64,000 nt of DNA from Candidatus Krumholzibacteriia bacterium. Its GTDB lineage: Bacteria; Krumholzibacteriota; Krumholzibacteriia; LZORAL124-64-63. The position numbers were made by a program, and so were the translations under genes. This document shows, in pieces, positions 1-10,413 of the stretch (the first letter of the stretch is position 1; the number at the start of each line of letters is the position of its first letter). The notes beneath the pieces were generated by a model. It was not told the origin of the DNA. It saw nothing but the letters and a program-made list of their open reading frames with translations, and made no database searches. The stretch spans positions 15,802 through 79,801 of the forward strand of contig JAWOID010000061.1 of assembly GCA_046484865.1 (NCBI GenBank). Direction: 5' to 3'.

Positions 1-825
<825 letters not shown>

Positions 826-873
826 CACCGCCAGCCGACCGGTCGGGCCGGACCGCCGAGAATCCCGCCGGCC

Positions 874-914
874 GTGTCCCGGCGGACACCGCGGGCACGT
901 GTGCTGCCGGACAC
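874..914. promoter_or_regulatory. Tandem palindromic sites, candidate bEBP enhancer (UAS)
   Basis: GTGTCC-N4-GGACAC (874-889) and GTGTGC-N4-GGACAC (899-914), ~95-135 bp upstream of a -24/-12 motif. Confidence 0.6.
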
Positions 915-1007
915 ACCCGACCTCCCCCTCGCTCGCCGGTGCGACGCCGCACGCCAGAACCTGTTGTCTCGAAGTCACTTGAACTGACTTGGCTCCCACT
1001 GAGGCCC

Positions 1008-1023
1008 TGGTACCGCCCTTGCG
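1008..1023 (+). promoter_or_regulatory. Sigma54 (-24/-12) promoter
   Basis: TGGTAC-CGCCC-TTGCG: GG-N10-GC spacing matching TGGCAC-N5-TTGC, upstream of the TPR gene. Confidence 0.75.
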
Positions 1024-1096
1024 CTAAAGACGGTGTCCCGGTCGACGACGACGTGCCCCGCTCCGGCGGGGCGGCACCAGCCGAGGGAGAGAGATC

Positions 1097-2374
1097 ATGG
1101 ATCGCGAGCACCTGAACGAGAAGCAGAAGCGGCACCTCCGCTTCGCCGAGGGCGGAATCATCTTCGTGGTCATCCTCGCGCTCACCATGTACGTGGGTGT
1201 GAAGTTCGCCGGGCAAGGTCCGGACACGGCATCGACGCCGCGCGGCGCTGCCGCGAGTGAGGGAGCCGAGTTGGTGGCGCCCGCGGCGGCCGGTGCCGGC
1301 GGGATGGCGGACGGGCGCGCGGTCGCGGTCGACGCCGTCGAGGCAGCAGGCGCGCCGGCGAGCGCAGCCGCCGAGGCCGATGTCCTGGCGGCGGCGGAGG
1401 CGCGTGATGTCAGCGCGACTTCCACCCGGCGCGGCCCCGTGAGCTACGCCGAGGCCGAGGCCGCCTACCTGGCCGGCGACTGGGCCGAGGCGGCAGATCT
1501 TTTCGATGCCTACACCGCGGAGCGGCCGGACAACGCATGGGGCCATTACATGCTCGGCCTCAGCCTCTGGAAGGGCGGAGACCTCGAGGGCGCCGAGGAT
1601 GCTCTCGAGACCGCACTCGCTCACCGCCCCGATCACCTCAAGAGCCGGATCAACCTCGGCCGGGTCCTGCTCGATCTGGAGCGGCCGTCCGAAGCCTTGA
1701 CGGTGCTCGAGGCGGCCCTGGCCGGAGCGCCGGAGTCCGCCGACGGACACCGGGTACTCGGGCGGGCGCTGCACGCGCTCGGTCGCAGCGAGGACGCGGC
1801 TGCGGCCTACCGGACGGCTCTGCTGCGCGACCCCGGCGACGCCTGGTCGCTGAACAACCTGGCCTTGCTGGCCATCGAGCAGGAGCGGTTCGCGGAGGCG
1901 GTGGCACCGGCGGCCCGAGCGGTGGAGTTGCGCGAGGACGTGGCCTGCTTCCACAACAACCTGGCCGTGGCGCTCGAGCGCACCGGCCGGCCGGCACTCG
2001 CGGCGGCCGCCTACGACGCGGCGCTCCGCGCCGACGCGGGGCACGAGCGCGCGGCCGTCAGCCTGGATCGTCTGGTCGCCCTGGGCGTCGACCCCGCCGA
2101 CACGGAACTGGACGTCGCCGCCCTGGCCGGCGGCTTCGATCCGGCCGCCGCGCTGGCCGCGGCCGAGGCCCTGACGGACCGCATCGCCGCACATGACTCG
2201 GAGGAGGCGGTCGCCGGCGCGGCCGCGGAGGACGTCGGTGGATCCGGGTCGGACGCCGCGGCGGAACCGGCAGCGGCAGGATCAGCGGCGGCGACCACCG
2301 GCACCGTGGCGCGTGCCGGGTCGCCCACGACCGAGACCGGGCCGGCCGCCGGAGGCGAGGTCGATCCCCGCTGA
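1097..2374 (+). CDS. Membrane-anchored tetratricopeptide repeat protein
   Basis: N-terminal TM segment (GIIFVVILALTMYVGV), multiple TPR motifs (WGHYMLG, SRINLG, SLNNLA, FHNNLA), Ala-rich linkers. Confidence 0.85.
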   Translation: MDREHLNEKQKRHLRFAEGGIIFVVILALTMYVGVKFAGQGPDTASTPRGAAASEGAELVAPAAAGAGGMADGRAVAVDAVEAAGAPASAAAEADVLAAAEARDVSATSTRRGPVSYAEAEAAYLAGDWAEAADLFDAYTAERPDNAWGHYMLGLSLWKGGDLEGAEDALETALAHRPDHLKSRINLGRVLLDLERPSEALTVLEAALAGAPESADGHRVLGRALHALGRSEDAAAAYRTALLRDPGDAWSLNNLALLAIEQERFAEAVAPAARAVELREDVACFHNNLAVALERTGRPALAAAAYDAALRADAGHERAAVSLDRLVALGVDPADTELDVAALAGGFDPAAALAAAEALTDRIAAHDSEEAVAGAAAEDVGGSGSDAAAEPAAAGSAAATTGTVARAGSPTTETGPAAGGEVDPR

Positions 2375-2415
2375 TCCGGAACGCGGACGGCTCCGTCGCC
2401 ACCTGCCCACGAACA

Positions 2416-2452
2416 CCGAGGCCGCCGGGAACTCCGGCGGCCTCGGCATTTG
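2416..2452 (+). terminator. Probable intrinsic terminator hairpin
   Basis: 13-bp stem CCGAGGCCGCCGG/CCGGCGGCCTCGG with 5-nt loop and short T run, between convergent genes. Confidence 0.65.
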
Positions 2453-2481
2453 TATCCACGTCGGCGATCCGGTCGCAGGCG

Positions 2482-2856
2482 TCAGGCGAGATCGTTCCAG
2501 TCCAGGACATCGAGCTGGTCACGCAACCGCACGAAGGCCGCACGCATGGCTGCCAGACGCTCCACCGCTCCGTCCAGGCTGCCGGCCTTCGAGAGCAACT
2601 CCAGGTCGAGCGCCGCGCGGACGAACTCCACCGCGCCGAGGTTGGAGGCTCCGCCCTTCATGCCGTGGGCGGAGGTGGCCACCGCCGGCGCGTCGCCAGC
2701 GGCGATGAAGGCTTCGATCTCGGCCAGCTGGTCCGGACCGATCTCCACGAACATCTCTGCGACCTCGCGCAGCAGATCCGTGTCACCGTCGAGGTTCTCC
2801 AGGGCGGTGTCGAGATCGAGGGCGCAACCGCCGGTCGGGGCATCCTGCTGGGTCAT
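2482..2856 (-). CDS. Stand-alone Hpt (histidine phosphotransfer) protein
   Basis: AHGMKGGASNLGA phospho-His motif; LDLDTALENLDGD..LL.E...F N-terminus. Confidence 0.9.
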   Translation of the reverse strand: MTQQDAPTGGCALDLDTALENLDGDTDLLREVAEMFVEIGPDQLAEIEAFIAAGDAPAVATSAHGMKGGASNLGAVEFVRAALDLELLSKAGSLDGAVERLAAMRAAFVRLRDQLDVLDWNDLA

Positions 2857-2982
2857 TTCCGTCTCCCGGGCTCTGGATGCGCGACCAGCTCACCCGCGCA
2901 GGTCGGTGCGCATCCGTCTCCCCAGGCTATCGACCCTCGCCGGCCCGGCTTGAACGATGGTTCGGCGCCGGCGGCGGCGCCG

Positions 2983-4554
2983 TCACTGGTTGCTCCCGCT
3001 CCCGCTCTCCGTCGATCCCGTACCGGAGCCGCCGCCGGTCCCGCCCCCTCTGCCCCTGCCGCCGCGACCGCGCTTGCCGCCGCCGCTCGGCCCGGCCGAA
3101 TCCGAGCCGGCCGGATCCGAGCCGGCCGCTCCGCCGGCCTTCTTGGCCGTCTTCTTGGCCGTCTTGCTGGCCGTCTTCTTGGCCGTCTTGCGAGCGGGCC
3201 TCGGAGCCGCCTTCTTCTTGGCGGACCTGGCGCCGGCCGCCTTCTCGGCGGGCGCCGTGTCGGCCGCCTTCCCGGGCTTCTCGGCGGAAACCTTCTCGGC
3301 CGGCTCTCCGGAGGGCTTCTCGGAAGTCTTCTCGGCAGGCCCCGCCGCCGGCCTGGCCGACTGTGCGGACGCCGGCGGCCGTTCACCGGACGCCGCGGTC
3401 TTCCGTGGCGCCTTGCGACGGGTCTTCTTCGCCTTCTTGCGCGCACCGTCCTCGGCTTCCGCCGTGGCCGGGTCCTGCCGGACCGGGCGGTCCTGCCGGG
3501 CCGACCGGCCGGCATCGCTCGCCGTCTTTCGGTCCTCTTCGCCCGTTGCCGCGGCGGTCGTGTCCCGCTCCCCGGCAGCGGCCGGCAATGCCGGTGCATC
3601 CGGCTCTTCGCGACCCGGGTCCGCCGGCGCAGACGTCTCCTCCCCGTTGCCGGAGGCCCCCTGCTGGTCGGCGGTTCGCCCGCGACGGCCGCCGCGACGG
3701 CGGCGACCTCTCGTCCGCGGCGATGCCGTCTCCGGCTCCGTCGCCGGCGCGGCGGTGGGAGGCTCCGCGGGCTTGGGACCGGCCGCGCCCGTGGTCGCGC
3801 CGAGGCCCTGCACCACCCAGGTGCCGCCCGCGCGGGCGTCGCGGTCCACGGTGAGCAAGCCGTACCGCTTGGCATCCTCGAGCAGATCACCGAACGTGGA
3901 GTAGCCGTAGTTCGCCTCGTTGAAATCGGGCTGCTTCCGCTTCATCGTGTCCTTGATCAGCGAGGAGTAGAGCATGCCCCGGCTCTCCTGGAGCAAGCGC
4001 TGCGTGGTCTGGACCAGGAAGTCGAACAGCTTGCGCTTGTCCGGCGGCACGTGGGTCGCCGACTGGGTCACCCGGCCCATCGCGGTGCGGTAGATGTCGT
4101 CGTAGAAGATGAACTCGTCGCAGTTGCTGATGAGGAGGTGACTGCTCGAGTTGCGCATGCCGATGCCGAGCACCCGCTTGTTGTTCTCGCGCAGCTTGGA
4201 CACCAGCGGCGAGAAGTCGGAATCGCCCGACACGATGACGAAGGTGTCGATGTGATCCTTGGAGTAGCAGAGGTCGATCGCGTCCACGACCAGACGGATA
4301 TCGGCGCTGTTCTTGCCGGAGATCTTGGGCGTGGGCACCTCGATGAGTTCGATGGCCGCCTCGTGGAGGGCCCCCATCTGCTCCTTGTAGTAGTGCCAGT
4401 CGGCGTAGGCTCGCTTGACGATGATCTTCCCCTTCTCCAGCACTCGCTGCAGGAGGAGCTTGATATCGAAGCGCTGCCGGGCGTCGCGCGCGCCGAGCGC
4501 CACGTTGTCGAAATCGATGAAGAGGGCGAGATTGGTCTCGCGCGGCTGGGACAT
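2983..4554 (-). CDS. NYN domain ribonuclease with LOTUS/OST-HTH domain and long basic low-complexity tail
   Basis: FIDFDN, GKNSADIRLVVDAIDL, VSGDSDFSPLV; LOTUS-like IKDTMKRKQPDFNEANYGYSTFGDLL; start at ATG 4554 after AGGAGG. Confidence 0.9.
   Translation of the reverse strand: MSQPRETNLALFIDFDNVALGARDARQRFDIKLLLQRVLEKGKIIVKRAYADWHYYKEQMGALHEAAIELIEVPTPKISGKNSADIRLVVDAIDLCYSKDHIDTFVIVSGDSDFSPLVSKLRENNKRVLGIGMRNSSSHLLISNCDEFIFYDDIYRTAMGRVTQSATHVPPDKRKLFDFLVQTTQRLLQESRGMLYSSLIKDTMKRKQPDFNEANYGYSTFGDLLEDAKRYGLLTVDRDARAGGTWVVQGLGATTGAAGPKPAEPPTAAPATEPETASPRTRGRRRRGGRRGRTADQQGASGNGEETSAPADPGREEPDAPALPAAAGERDTTAAATGEEDRKTASDAGRSARQDRPVRQDPATAEAEDGARKKAKKTRRKAPRKTAASGERPPASAQSARPAAGPAEKTSEKPSGEPAEKVSAEKPGKAADTAPAEKAAGARSAKKKAAPRPARKTAKKTASKTAKKTAKKAGGAAGSDPAGSDSAGPSGGGKRGRGGRGRGGGTGGGSGTGSTESGSGSNQ
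3139..3186. repeat. 4 x 12-bp tandem repeat encoding TAKK units in the NYN protein tail
   Basis: CTTCTTGGCCGT x4 (third copy CTTGCTGGCCGT). Confidence 0.85.
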
Positions 4555-4676
4555 GCAGGCCTCCTTGCTACCGGATGCGACCGGTGTCGCTCCGGTCACG
4601 TCTCGGGTGGCTGCAGAATATACCCGCGGGATCGCGTGCGCCCAGCACAACTTCGTTCCATCCGAGGAGAGAAGCC

Positions 4677-5828
4677 ATGTCGACGTCCCTGACACCCGAC
4701 GAACTGGTCCGGCTGGTGGAGCGGGTCTTCCAGCCCACCGAGGCCGACCACGGGCTCGCCGTCCTGGCCGATCTGCCTGACGGACGCCGCGTCGACACCC
4801 CCGACTGGGGAGTGCGCCGGGCGCTGGCCGACGCCTGGGCTCGCATGCTCCTGGAGCGGCGCGAGACCCTGGGCCTGCAGCGGGTGAGCATGGTATGGTA
4901 TCGCAATGCCGGCAGCAACAACGCCGATCTGCCCGAGGTCTGCTGGGCCACCGAGCCGGGCGTGGTTCCGGCGCACGCGCGGGAACTGCAAGGGCGCGAC
5001 CTGGTGTCGTTTCCCGAGGTCTTCACGGCTCACAGCATCATCCTGGCGCTCACGGAGCTGTCGGCCACCGCCCCGCTGAAGGTGGCCGCCCGCGGCGGGG
5101 CCTTCCGCGCCGCCACCATGCCCGGGTTCCTGCCGAGCATGGTCCCCGCCCTGCGGATCGATTACGGCGAGGTGGACCGGCGCGTGCGGGCACTCAAGGC
5201 GCGGCTGGACCGCGCCGGGGCCGCACGGCTGGTCTGGGAGGCGGCGGGGGTGCGTCACGAGCTGACTCTCGATCTGCGGCACCGCGAGGCCCACGCCAGC
5301 GGCGGTCTGCTACCCGAGAACGGCGCGGCCGGCAACCTCCCCTCCGGGGAGGCCTACATCGTCCCCTACGAGGGAGAGATCGCGGGCGATCCCAGCCGCA
5401 GCGCCGGAACCATCCCGGTGGAATTCGACGGCGAGATCGTCGTGTACGAGGTGCAGGGGAATCGCGCCGTGTCGGTCCTGTCCCGGGGTCCCCGCAGCGA
5501 GGAGGAGGCGCGGCTGCTCGCGGCCGAGCCCGCCTACGCCAATCTCGCCGAGCTGGGCCTGGGCGTGCTGGGGGACTTCGGACTCGAGCCCACCGGCAGC
5601 ATCCTGCTGGACGAGAAGCTGGGACTGCACGTGGCGTTCGGGCGCAGCGATCACTTCGGCGGCATGGTCGGACCCGACGCTTTCTCGCGGCCGGAGGCGG
5701 TCGTCCACCTCGACCGGGTCTACATCCCCGGCTGCCAGCCGCAGATCGCGGTGAAGGAGGTGGTCCTGGCGGACGACGGGGGAGAGCGCGTCCTGATGCG
5801 GGACGGCGCCTGGGTGGACGCCTTCTGA
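4677..5828 (+). CDS. M29-like (thermophilic metalloprotease / aminopeptidase) protein
   Basis: GNLPSGEAY, AELGLG, LLDEKLGLHVAFGRSDHFGG, HLD motifs; GAGGAG before ATG 4677. Confidence 0.75.
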   Translation: MSTSLTPDELVRLVERVFQPTEADHGLAVLADLPDGRRVDTPDWGVRRALADAWARMLLERRETLGLQRVSMVWYRNAGSNNADLPEVCWATEPGVVPAHARELQGRDLVSFPEVFTAHSIILALTELSATAPLKVAARGGAFRAATMPGFLPSMVPALRIDYGEVDRRVRALKARLDRAGAARLVWEAAGVRHELTLDLRHREAHASGGLLPENGAAGNLPSGEAYIVPYEGEIAGDPSRSAGTIPVEFDGEIVVYEVQGNRAVSVLSRGPRSEEEARLLAAEPAYANLAELGLGVLGDFGLEPTGSILLDEKLGLHVAFGRSDHFGGMVGPDAFSRPEAVVHLDRVYIPGCQPQIAVKEVVLADDGGERVLMRDGAWVDAF

Positions 5829-6712
5829 TGCGCTACGTCGAACCGCTCTTCCGCCCTCCGAGCGAGGCCCGCAGCCTCCTGCTGCAGGTCACGATCGGGT
5901 GCAGCCACAATGCCTGCACCTACTGCGGCATGTACCAGTCGCCCCGGCAGCGCTTCCGGGTGCGCTCGCTCGATGCGGTGAAGGCGGACATCGACGAGGC
6001 CGGCGGCGCGCTGACCGGGCCCGTCCCGCGCGTCTTCCTCGCCGATGGCGACGCGCTGGTCGTTCCCCCGCGCCGGCTGGCGGCGATCCTCGAGCACCTG
6101 CGGCGGCGGATCCCGTCCGTGCGCCGCGTGGGCATCTACGGGGATGCGCGCTCGATCCTGCGCTGGAGCGTGGAGGAGTTGCGGTGCCTGCGCGAGCTGG
6201 GCCTGGGCATCGTCTACCACGGCGCGGAGAGCGGGGACGACGAGGTGCTGCGACGGGTGGGCAAGGGCAGCACCGCGGCGGAGGCGGTGCGCGCGGCCCG
6301 ACGCCTGCGGGCGGCGGGGATCCGTCACTCGGTCATGGTCATGCTGGGGCTCGGCGGCGTCGAGCGCAGCCGGGAGCACGCCGCTGCGACGGCGGAGTTG
6401 ATCACCCACATGGACCCCCCGTACGTGGGCGCCCTCACCACGATGCTGGTCCCCGGCACGCCGCTGGCGGCGGATGCCGCGGCGGGCCGCTTCCGGCTGC
6501 CCGACCGCTGGGGAATGCTGCGGGAGTTGCGCACCCTGGTGGCGGAATCGAGGCCGTCGCGGTGCGCCTTCCACGCCAATCACGCCAGCAACCATCTCCC
6601 GCTGCGCCTGAACCTGCCGGCAGACCGCGGCCGGGGAACGGCGCTGCTCGACGAGGTGCTCGCCAGCCGGGACGAGAGCCGCCTGCTGCCGGAACAGTGG
6701 CGCGGACTCTGA
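5828..6712 (+). CDS. Radical SAM protein
   Basis: CxxxCxxC (CSHNACTYC), RPPSEA, FLADGDAL, GAESGDD; TGATG coupling to upstream gene. Confidence 0.9.
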   Translation: MRYVEPLFRPPSEARSLLLQVTIGCSHNACTYCGMYQSPRQRFRVRSLDAVKADIDEAGGALTGPVPRVFLADGDALVVPPRRLAAILEHLRRRIPSVRRVGIYGDARSILRWSVEELRCLRELGLGIVYHGAESGDDEVLRRVGKGSTAAEAVRAARRLRAAGIRHSVMVMLGLGGVERSREHAAATAELITHMDPPYVGALTTMLVPGTPLAADAAAGRFRLPDRWGMLRELRTLVAESRPSRCAFHANHASNHLPLRLNLPADRGRGTALLDEVLASRDESRLLPEQWRGL

Positions 6713-6835
6713 GGTCCCGCGGGGCGGGCGGGTGACCGGGCGGGCCGACGGCACTCACGGCGGCGGCCGGGCGCGTCCAGCGGCGACAGGACGGCCCTGC
6801 GGTCGCGAGCGGCCGGGGCCGCTCGCGGCCCCGTC

Positions 6836-6865
6836 TTGACAATCCGGGAAACTCCGCACGATCAT
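6836..6865 (+). promoter_or_regulatory. Possible sigma70 promoter
   Basis: TTGACA-N18-GATCAT upstream of the response regulator. Confidence 0.4.
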
Positions 6866-6920
6866 TGATGGTTGCCCACAGCGACAGAGCCGCCTCCGAT
6901 CGCAGCCGGCGGGAGGGATC

Positions 6921-7439
6921 ATGGTCGAAGATCGAAAACGCCCCGCACGCGTGCTGCTCGTCGTCCACGAGCAGCACGCGTGCGACGAGCAGGACCTCGT
7001 GGATTTCCTCGCCCAGCGCCTGTTGAAGCGCGGCTACACGGTGCATGCGGCCACCACCGGCCCGGACGCCATCGCTGCAGCCCGCAATCAGACCTTCGAC
7101 GTGGCCGTCGTCGACCTCAAGATGCCGCAGATGGACGGCATCCAGGTCATCGAGCAGCTGAAAGACATGCAGCCCCACCTCGAGACGATCATGCTCACCG
7201 GCCATGGCTCCACCGACTCGGCCCTGCAGGCGGGCAAGCTGCAGACATTCCGCTACCTGCTGAAGCCTTACGATTTCGGCCAGCTGGTGGAGCAGATCGA
7301 CGATGCGGTCGCCACCCGCCGTCAGACCCTGCGGGATCGCTTCGAGGCCGAGCTGGAAAAGGTGATCGGCAGCAACGCCTCCCCCCGCGAGATCATCCAC
7401 GAGAGCGAAAGACTGCGCCGGGAGTATGAACAGGATTAA
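6921..7439 (+). CDS. Response regulator receiver protein carrying an in-frame inverted duplication near its N-terminus
   Basis: VAVVDLKMPQMDG, MLTGHGS, YLLKP; beta1 acidic motif altered (see findings). Confidence 0.85.
   Translation: MVEDRKRPARVLLVVHEQHACDEQDLVDFLAQRLLKRGYTVHAATTGPDAIAAARNQTFDVAVVDLKMPQMDGIQVIEQLKDMQPHLETIMLTGHGSTDSALQAGKLQTFRYLLKPYDFGQLVEQIDDAVATRRQTLRDRFEAELEKVIGSNASPREIIHESERLRREYEQD
6944..6984. repeat. Perfect 18-bp inverted repeat with 5-nt loop inside the receiver gene
   Basis: CGCACGCGTGCTGCTCGT-CGTCC-ACGAGCAGCACGCGTGCG. Confidence 0.95.
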
Positions 7440-9327
7440 GACCACGGTGGCGATCATCGGCGGCGGCAAGGCCTGCCGCGAACTCCTGTCGATGATCGAG
7501 GCCGACCCCCGGCAGCTCGGCCTGGAGGTGGTCGGGGTCGCCGACCCCGATCCCGACTCGCCCGGTCTGCGCTTCGCCCGGGAGATCGGCGTGCCGCTGG
7601 TGGTGGACGACTACCACGAGTTCTTCGTGCGCAGCGACATCGAGCTCGTGATCGAGCTCACGGGCCTGCCGCAGGTGCGCGACGAGATCTTCCGCAACCT
7701 GCCGGCTCACATCCACATCGTCGACCATCATGCGTCGCGCTTCTTCTGGGACCTGTTCGCCCGCGCCGAAGAGAGCCGCGAACTGCGCCAGCGCAGCCGC
7801 GACCAGCTGCAGGCCGAACGCAACCGGCTGCGCAACATCCTGGACAGCCTTCCTTACGAGATCCTGGTGGTGGACCGCGACTATCGCGTGGAGCTGGCCA
7901 ACCGCACCTATCTCGACAACAACGACTTCTCGCGCGAGGAGGTGGTGGGTCGCCGCTGCTATGACCTGAACCACCTCACCAAGCCGCCTTGCGATCTCGA
8001 GAGCGGCACCTGCCCCCACGCCGAGTCCCTGACGGCGGGCCACTCGATCTCCCGCGTGGTCAGCCGTCTCGACGATCAGGGGCGGGAGCGGTTCGCTTCG
8101 GTCAGCGCCGCTCCGCTGCGAGACGAGCACGGGACCATCCAGGGCGTCGTCGAGGCCATCCGCGACATCACCGAGCGCATGGAGATCCAGCGCAAGCTCC
8201 TGCAGCAGTCGGCCCAGCTCAGCGAGGCGCGACAGCTCCTCGACGGCATCCTCGCCAACAGCCGCGACATCATCTTCATCGCCGACGCCGAGGGCCGGTT
8301 GCTCACCGTGAACGACGGCGCGGTGCGCGCCCTCGGCTACCCGGCGGAGGCGTTGCTGGGCCGGCCGTTCTCCTTCCTCGGGCTGGATCCGGACCCGCTG
8401 GAGGAGCTCATGGAGGCCGTGCAGCGCGAAGGTCACGCGCTGGGCTACGAACTGAGGCTGCGCCATGCGGAGGGCGAGACCGTGCTGGTGAACCTCAGCC
8501 TCACCACCTACGGGCAGCCCGGACTCGACGCCGAGATCATCGGGATCGGGCGCGACATCACCACCCGCGTGCAGCTGCAGGAGAAGGTCTTCCGCACCGA
8601 ACAGCTGGCGGCCGTCGGCAGGATGGCAGCCGGGGTGGCGCACGAGATCAACAACCCGCTGGCGGTGATCGACACCATCGCCGGCCTGGTGGAGGACACC
8701 CTCGAGGACGAGGGCGAGCGCCTCGATGCCAGCGCGGTGGCGAACCTGCAACGGGCGATCGGCCGTCTGCGCCACCAGGTGAAGCGGGCCACCAGCATCA
8801 CCCACAGCCTGCTGGGGTTCGTCCGCAAGGACGGCTCGGGCCGCCGTCCCGTGGATCTCGTGACGCTCATGGACGAGACGCTCGACCTGCTCGCACCGGA
8901 GATCAACACCCGAGGGGTCCAGGTGCGCCGCAGCTATCTCGACAACATCCCCGAGCCGGTGACCGATCGCATGCTGCTGCAGCAGGTGTTCGTCAACCTG
9001 CTGAAGAATGCCATCGACGCCATGGAGGAGAAGGGGACCAGCCAGCCGGTGCTGGAGGTCGGCCTGGAGCGGCCGGACGACCGCACCGTGGCCGTGTACG
9101 TGCAGGACAACGGCGTGGGGATCCCCGCCGAGGCGCGCGCGCGGATCTTCGATCTCTTCCACACCAGCAAGCCCGTGGGCAAGGGCACGGGTCTCGGTCT
9201 GGCCATCGTCATGGACATCGTGAAGCGGCTGGACGGCGTCATCGACCTGGAGAGCGAGCCGGGACAGGGCACCCGGTTCACCGTTTCGTTCCCCGTGGCC
9301 CCGGAGTCGGTGACGAGTGATCATTGA
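7426..9327 (+). CDS. Cytoplasmic sensor histidine kinase: Rossmann-like domain, 2 PAS domains, HisKA, HATPase
   Basis: VAIIGGGKAC N-terminus; PAS ends IRDITER and GRDITTR; H box AHEINNPL; NLLKNAIDA, DNGVGI, GKGTGLGL; no TM. Confidence 0.92.
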   Translation: MNRIKTTVAIIGGGKACRELLSMIEADPRQLGLEVVGVADPDPDSPGLRFAREIGVPLVVDDYHEFFVRSDIELVIELTGLPQVRDEIFRNLPAHIHIVDHHASRFFWDLFARAEESRELRQRSRDQLQAERNRLRNILDSLPYEILVVDRDYRVELANRTYLDNNDFSREEVVGRRCYDLNHLTKPPCDLESGTCPHAESLTAGHSISRVVSRLDDQGRERFASVSAAPLRDEHGTIQGVVEAIRDITERMEIQRKLLQQSAQLSEARQLLDGILANSRDIIFIADAEGRLLTVNDGAVRALGYPAEALLGRPFSFLGLDPDPLEELMEAVQREGHALGYELRLRHAEGETVLVNLSLTTYGQPGLDAEIIGIGRDITTRVQLQEKVFRTEQLAAVGRMAAGVAHEINNPLAVIDTIAGLVEDTLEDEGERLDASAVANLQRAIGRLRHQVKRATSITHSLLGFVRKDGSGRRPVDLVTLMDETLDLLAPEINTRGVQVRRSYLDNIPEPVTDRMLLQQVFVNLLKNAIDAMEEKGTSQPVLEVGLERPDDRTVAVYVQDNGVGIPAEARARIFDLFHTSKPVGKGTGLGLAIVMDIVKRLDGVIDLESEPGQGTRFTVSFPVAPESVTSDH

Positions 9328-9461
9328 CCCCCGCTCGTGGCCACGGTCCGCATGAACACGGGCCCACTCACCATGACCGGCCTGCCCGGACCGCGGCGCA
9401 GGTACGGCGACTTCCGGATCCGGCGCCCGGCCGGATCCTTTCCCCGACGCAAGGAGACGTG

Positions 9462-10229
9462 ATGAACGCAAGCTCGCCCAAGTTCCCGCTGCAGGCGCTG
9501 ACCGCGACCGCGCTGACGGCTTTCCTGCTGGTCGCCGGCGGCTGCGTCCAGGTGAGCATGGTGACCGAGATCCAGGACGACGGCTCCGGAACCAGCGTGA
9601 TCAGCTACTCCATGAGCGACCAGGTGGCCAATGCCCTGGAGGAACTCGCGGCCATGGAGAACAGCCCCACGGGCGAGGGCGTGCCCTCGTTCGACGAACT
9701 GACCCGCGAGCGGGTGGAGGCGACCGCCAGGGCGCACGGGGCCTCCCTCGAGAGCTTCGAGCGCGAGCGGGACGGTGGTCGCCAGGGCGCGACGATGAAG
9801 ATCGCCTTCGAGAACGTGGAGCAGCTCTCGCGCACGCTCAACGAGCTGGGCGAGGGCGGCGACGAGTTGCTCGTCATCCGCCCCACCGGCGACGGCGATT
9901 ACCTGCTGGCCGCCATCCCCGATCCCCGGGCCGGCGCAGAGGCCGAGGACGACGAGGACGAGGAGGAGGCCGCCGATCCCGGCGTCTACGATCCGGAGTC
10001 GATGCAGCGGGCCATGGAACTCACGGGTCAGCTGATGGCGAACCTGAGCGAACTCGAGATGGAGATGAAGATCACGGTTCCGGGCGACATCCTCGAGAGC
10101 TCCGCCCACCGGGTGGACGGCCGCACCGCCGTCTGGCGCGTCGATTCATCGAACATGATGTCGATGCAGGACGGCGATTTCGACCCGCGCGTGCGGTTTT
10201 CCGGCAAGGGTGTGAAGATCGGCGGTTGA
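9462..10229 (+). CDS. Putative lipoprotein (LppM/DUF3153-like)
   Basis: Hydrophobic stretch plus LVAGG-C lipobox; I..DGSG N-terminal motif and ITVPGDILESSA...G.T..W; AAGGAG RBS. Confidence 0.65.
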   Translation: MNASSPKFPLQALTATALTAFLLVAGGCVQVSMVTEIQDDGSGTSVISYSMSDQVANALEELAAMENSPTGEGVPSFDELTRERVEATARAHGASLESFERERDGGRQGATMKIAFENVEQLSRTLNELGEGGDELLVIRPTGDGDYLLAAIPDPRAGAEAEDDEDEEEAADPGVYDPESMQRAMELTGQLMANLSELEMEMKITVPGDILESSAHRVDGRTAVWRVDSSNMMSMQDGDFDPRVRFSGKGVKIGG

Positions 10230-10413
10230 GCCGACCGGGGGCCGGTTCGCCGCTCCGCCGGCGGGTCGGTTCGTGATACGCAGCGAGCCCCGGCCACGTG
10301 GTCGGGGCTCGCGTTCGCCGGCGGCCGGCGCCATACCGACGAGCATATCCGGCGAGCAGGACCCGCGGCCGGATCGCCGGACGCCGGAACTCGCGCCCGT
10401 TCGATCCTCCGCG

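Noticed and set aside
3139-3186. Tandem repeats as a CRISPR array (also 21668-21829)
   Set aside because: In-frame coding repeats with no unique spacers and no cas genes
4895-5827. Long N-terminal extensions in the ORF track (radical SAM, lipoate ligase, malG-like, PorV-like, FG-GAP, giant protein)
   Set aside because: They overlap upstream genes or intergenic DNA; downstream starts with an RBS, stop/start coupling or a signal peptide fit better
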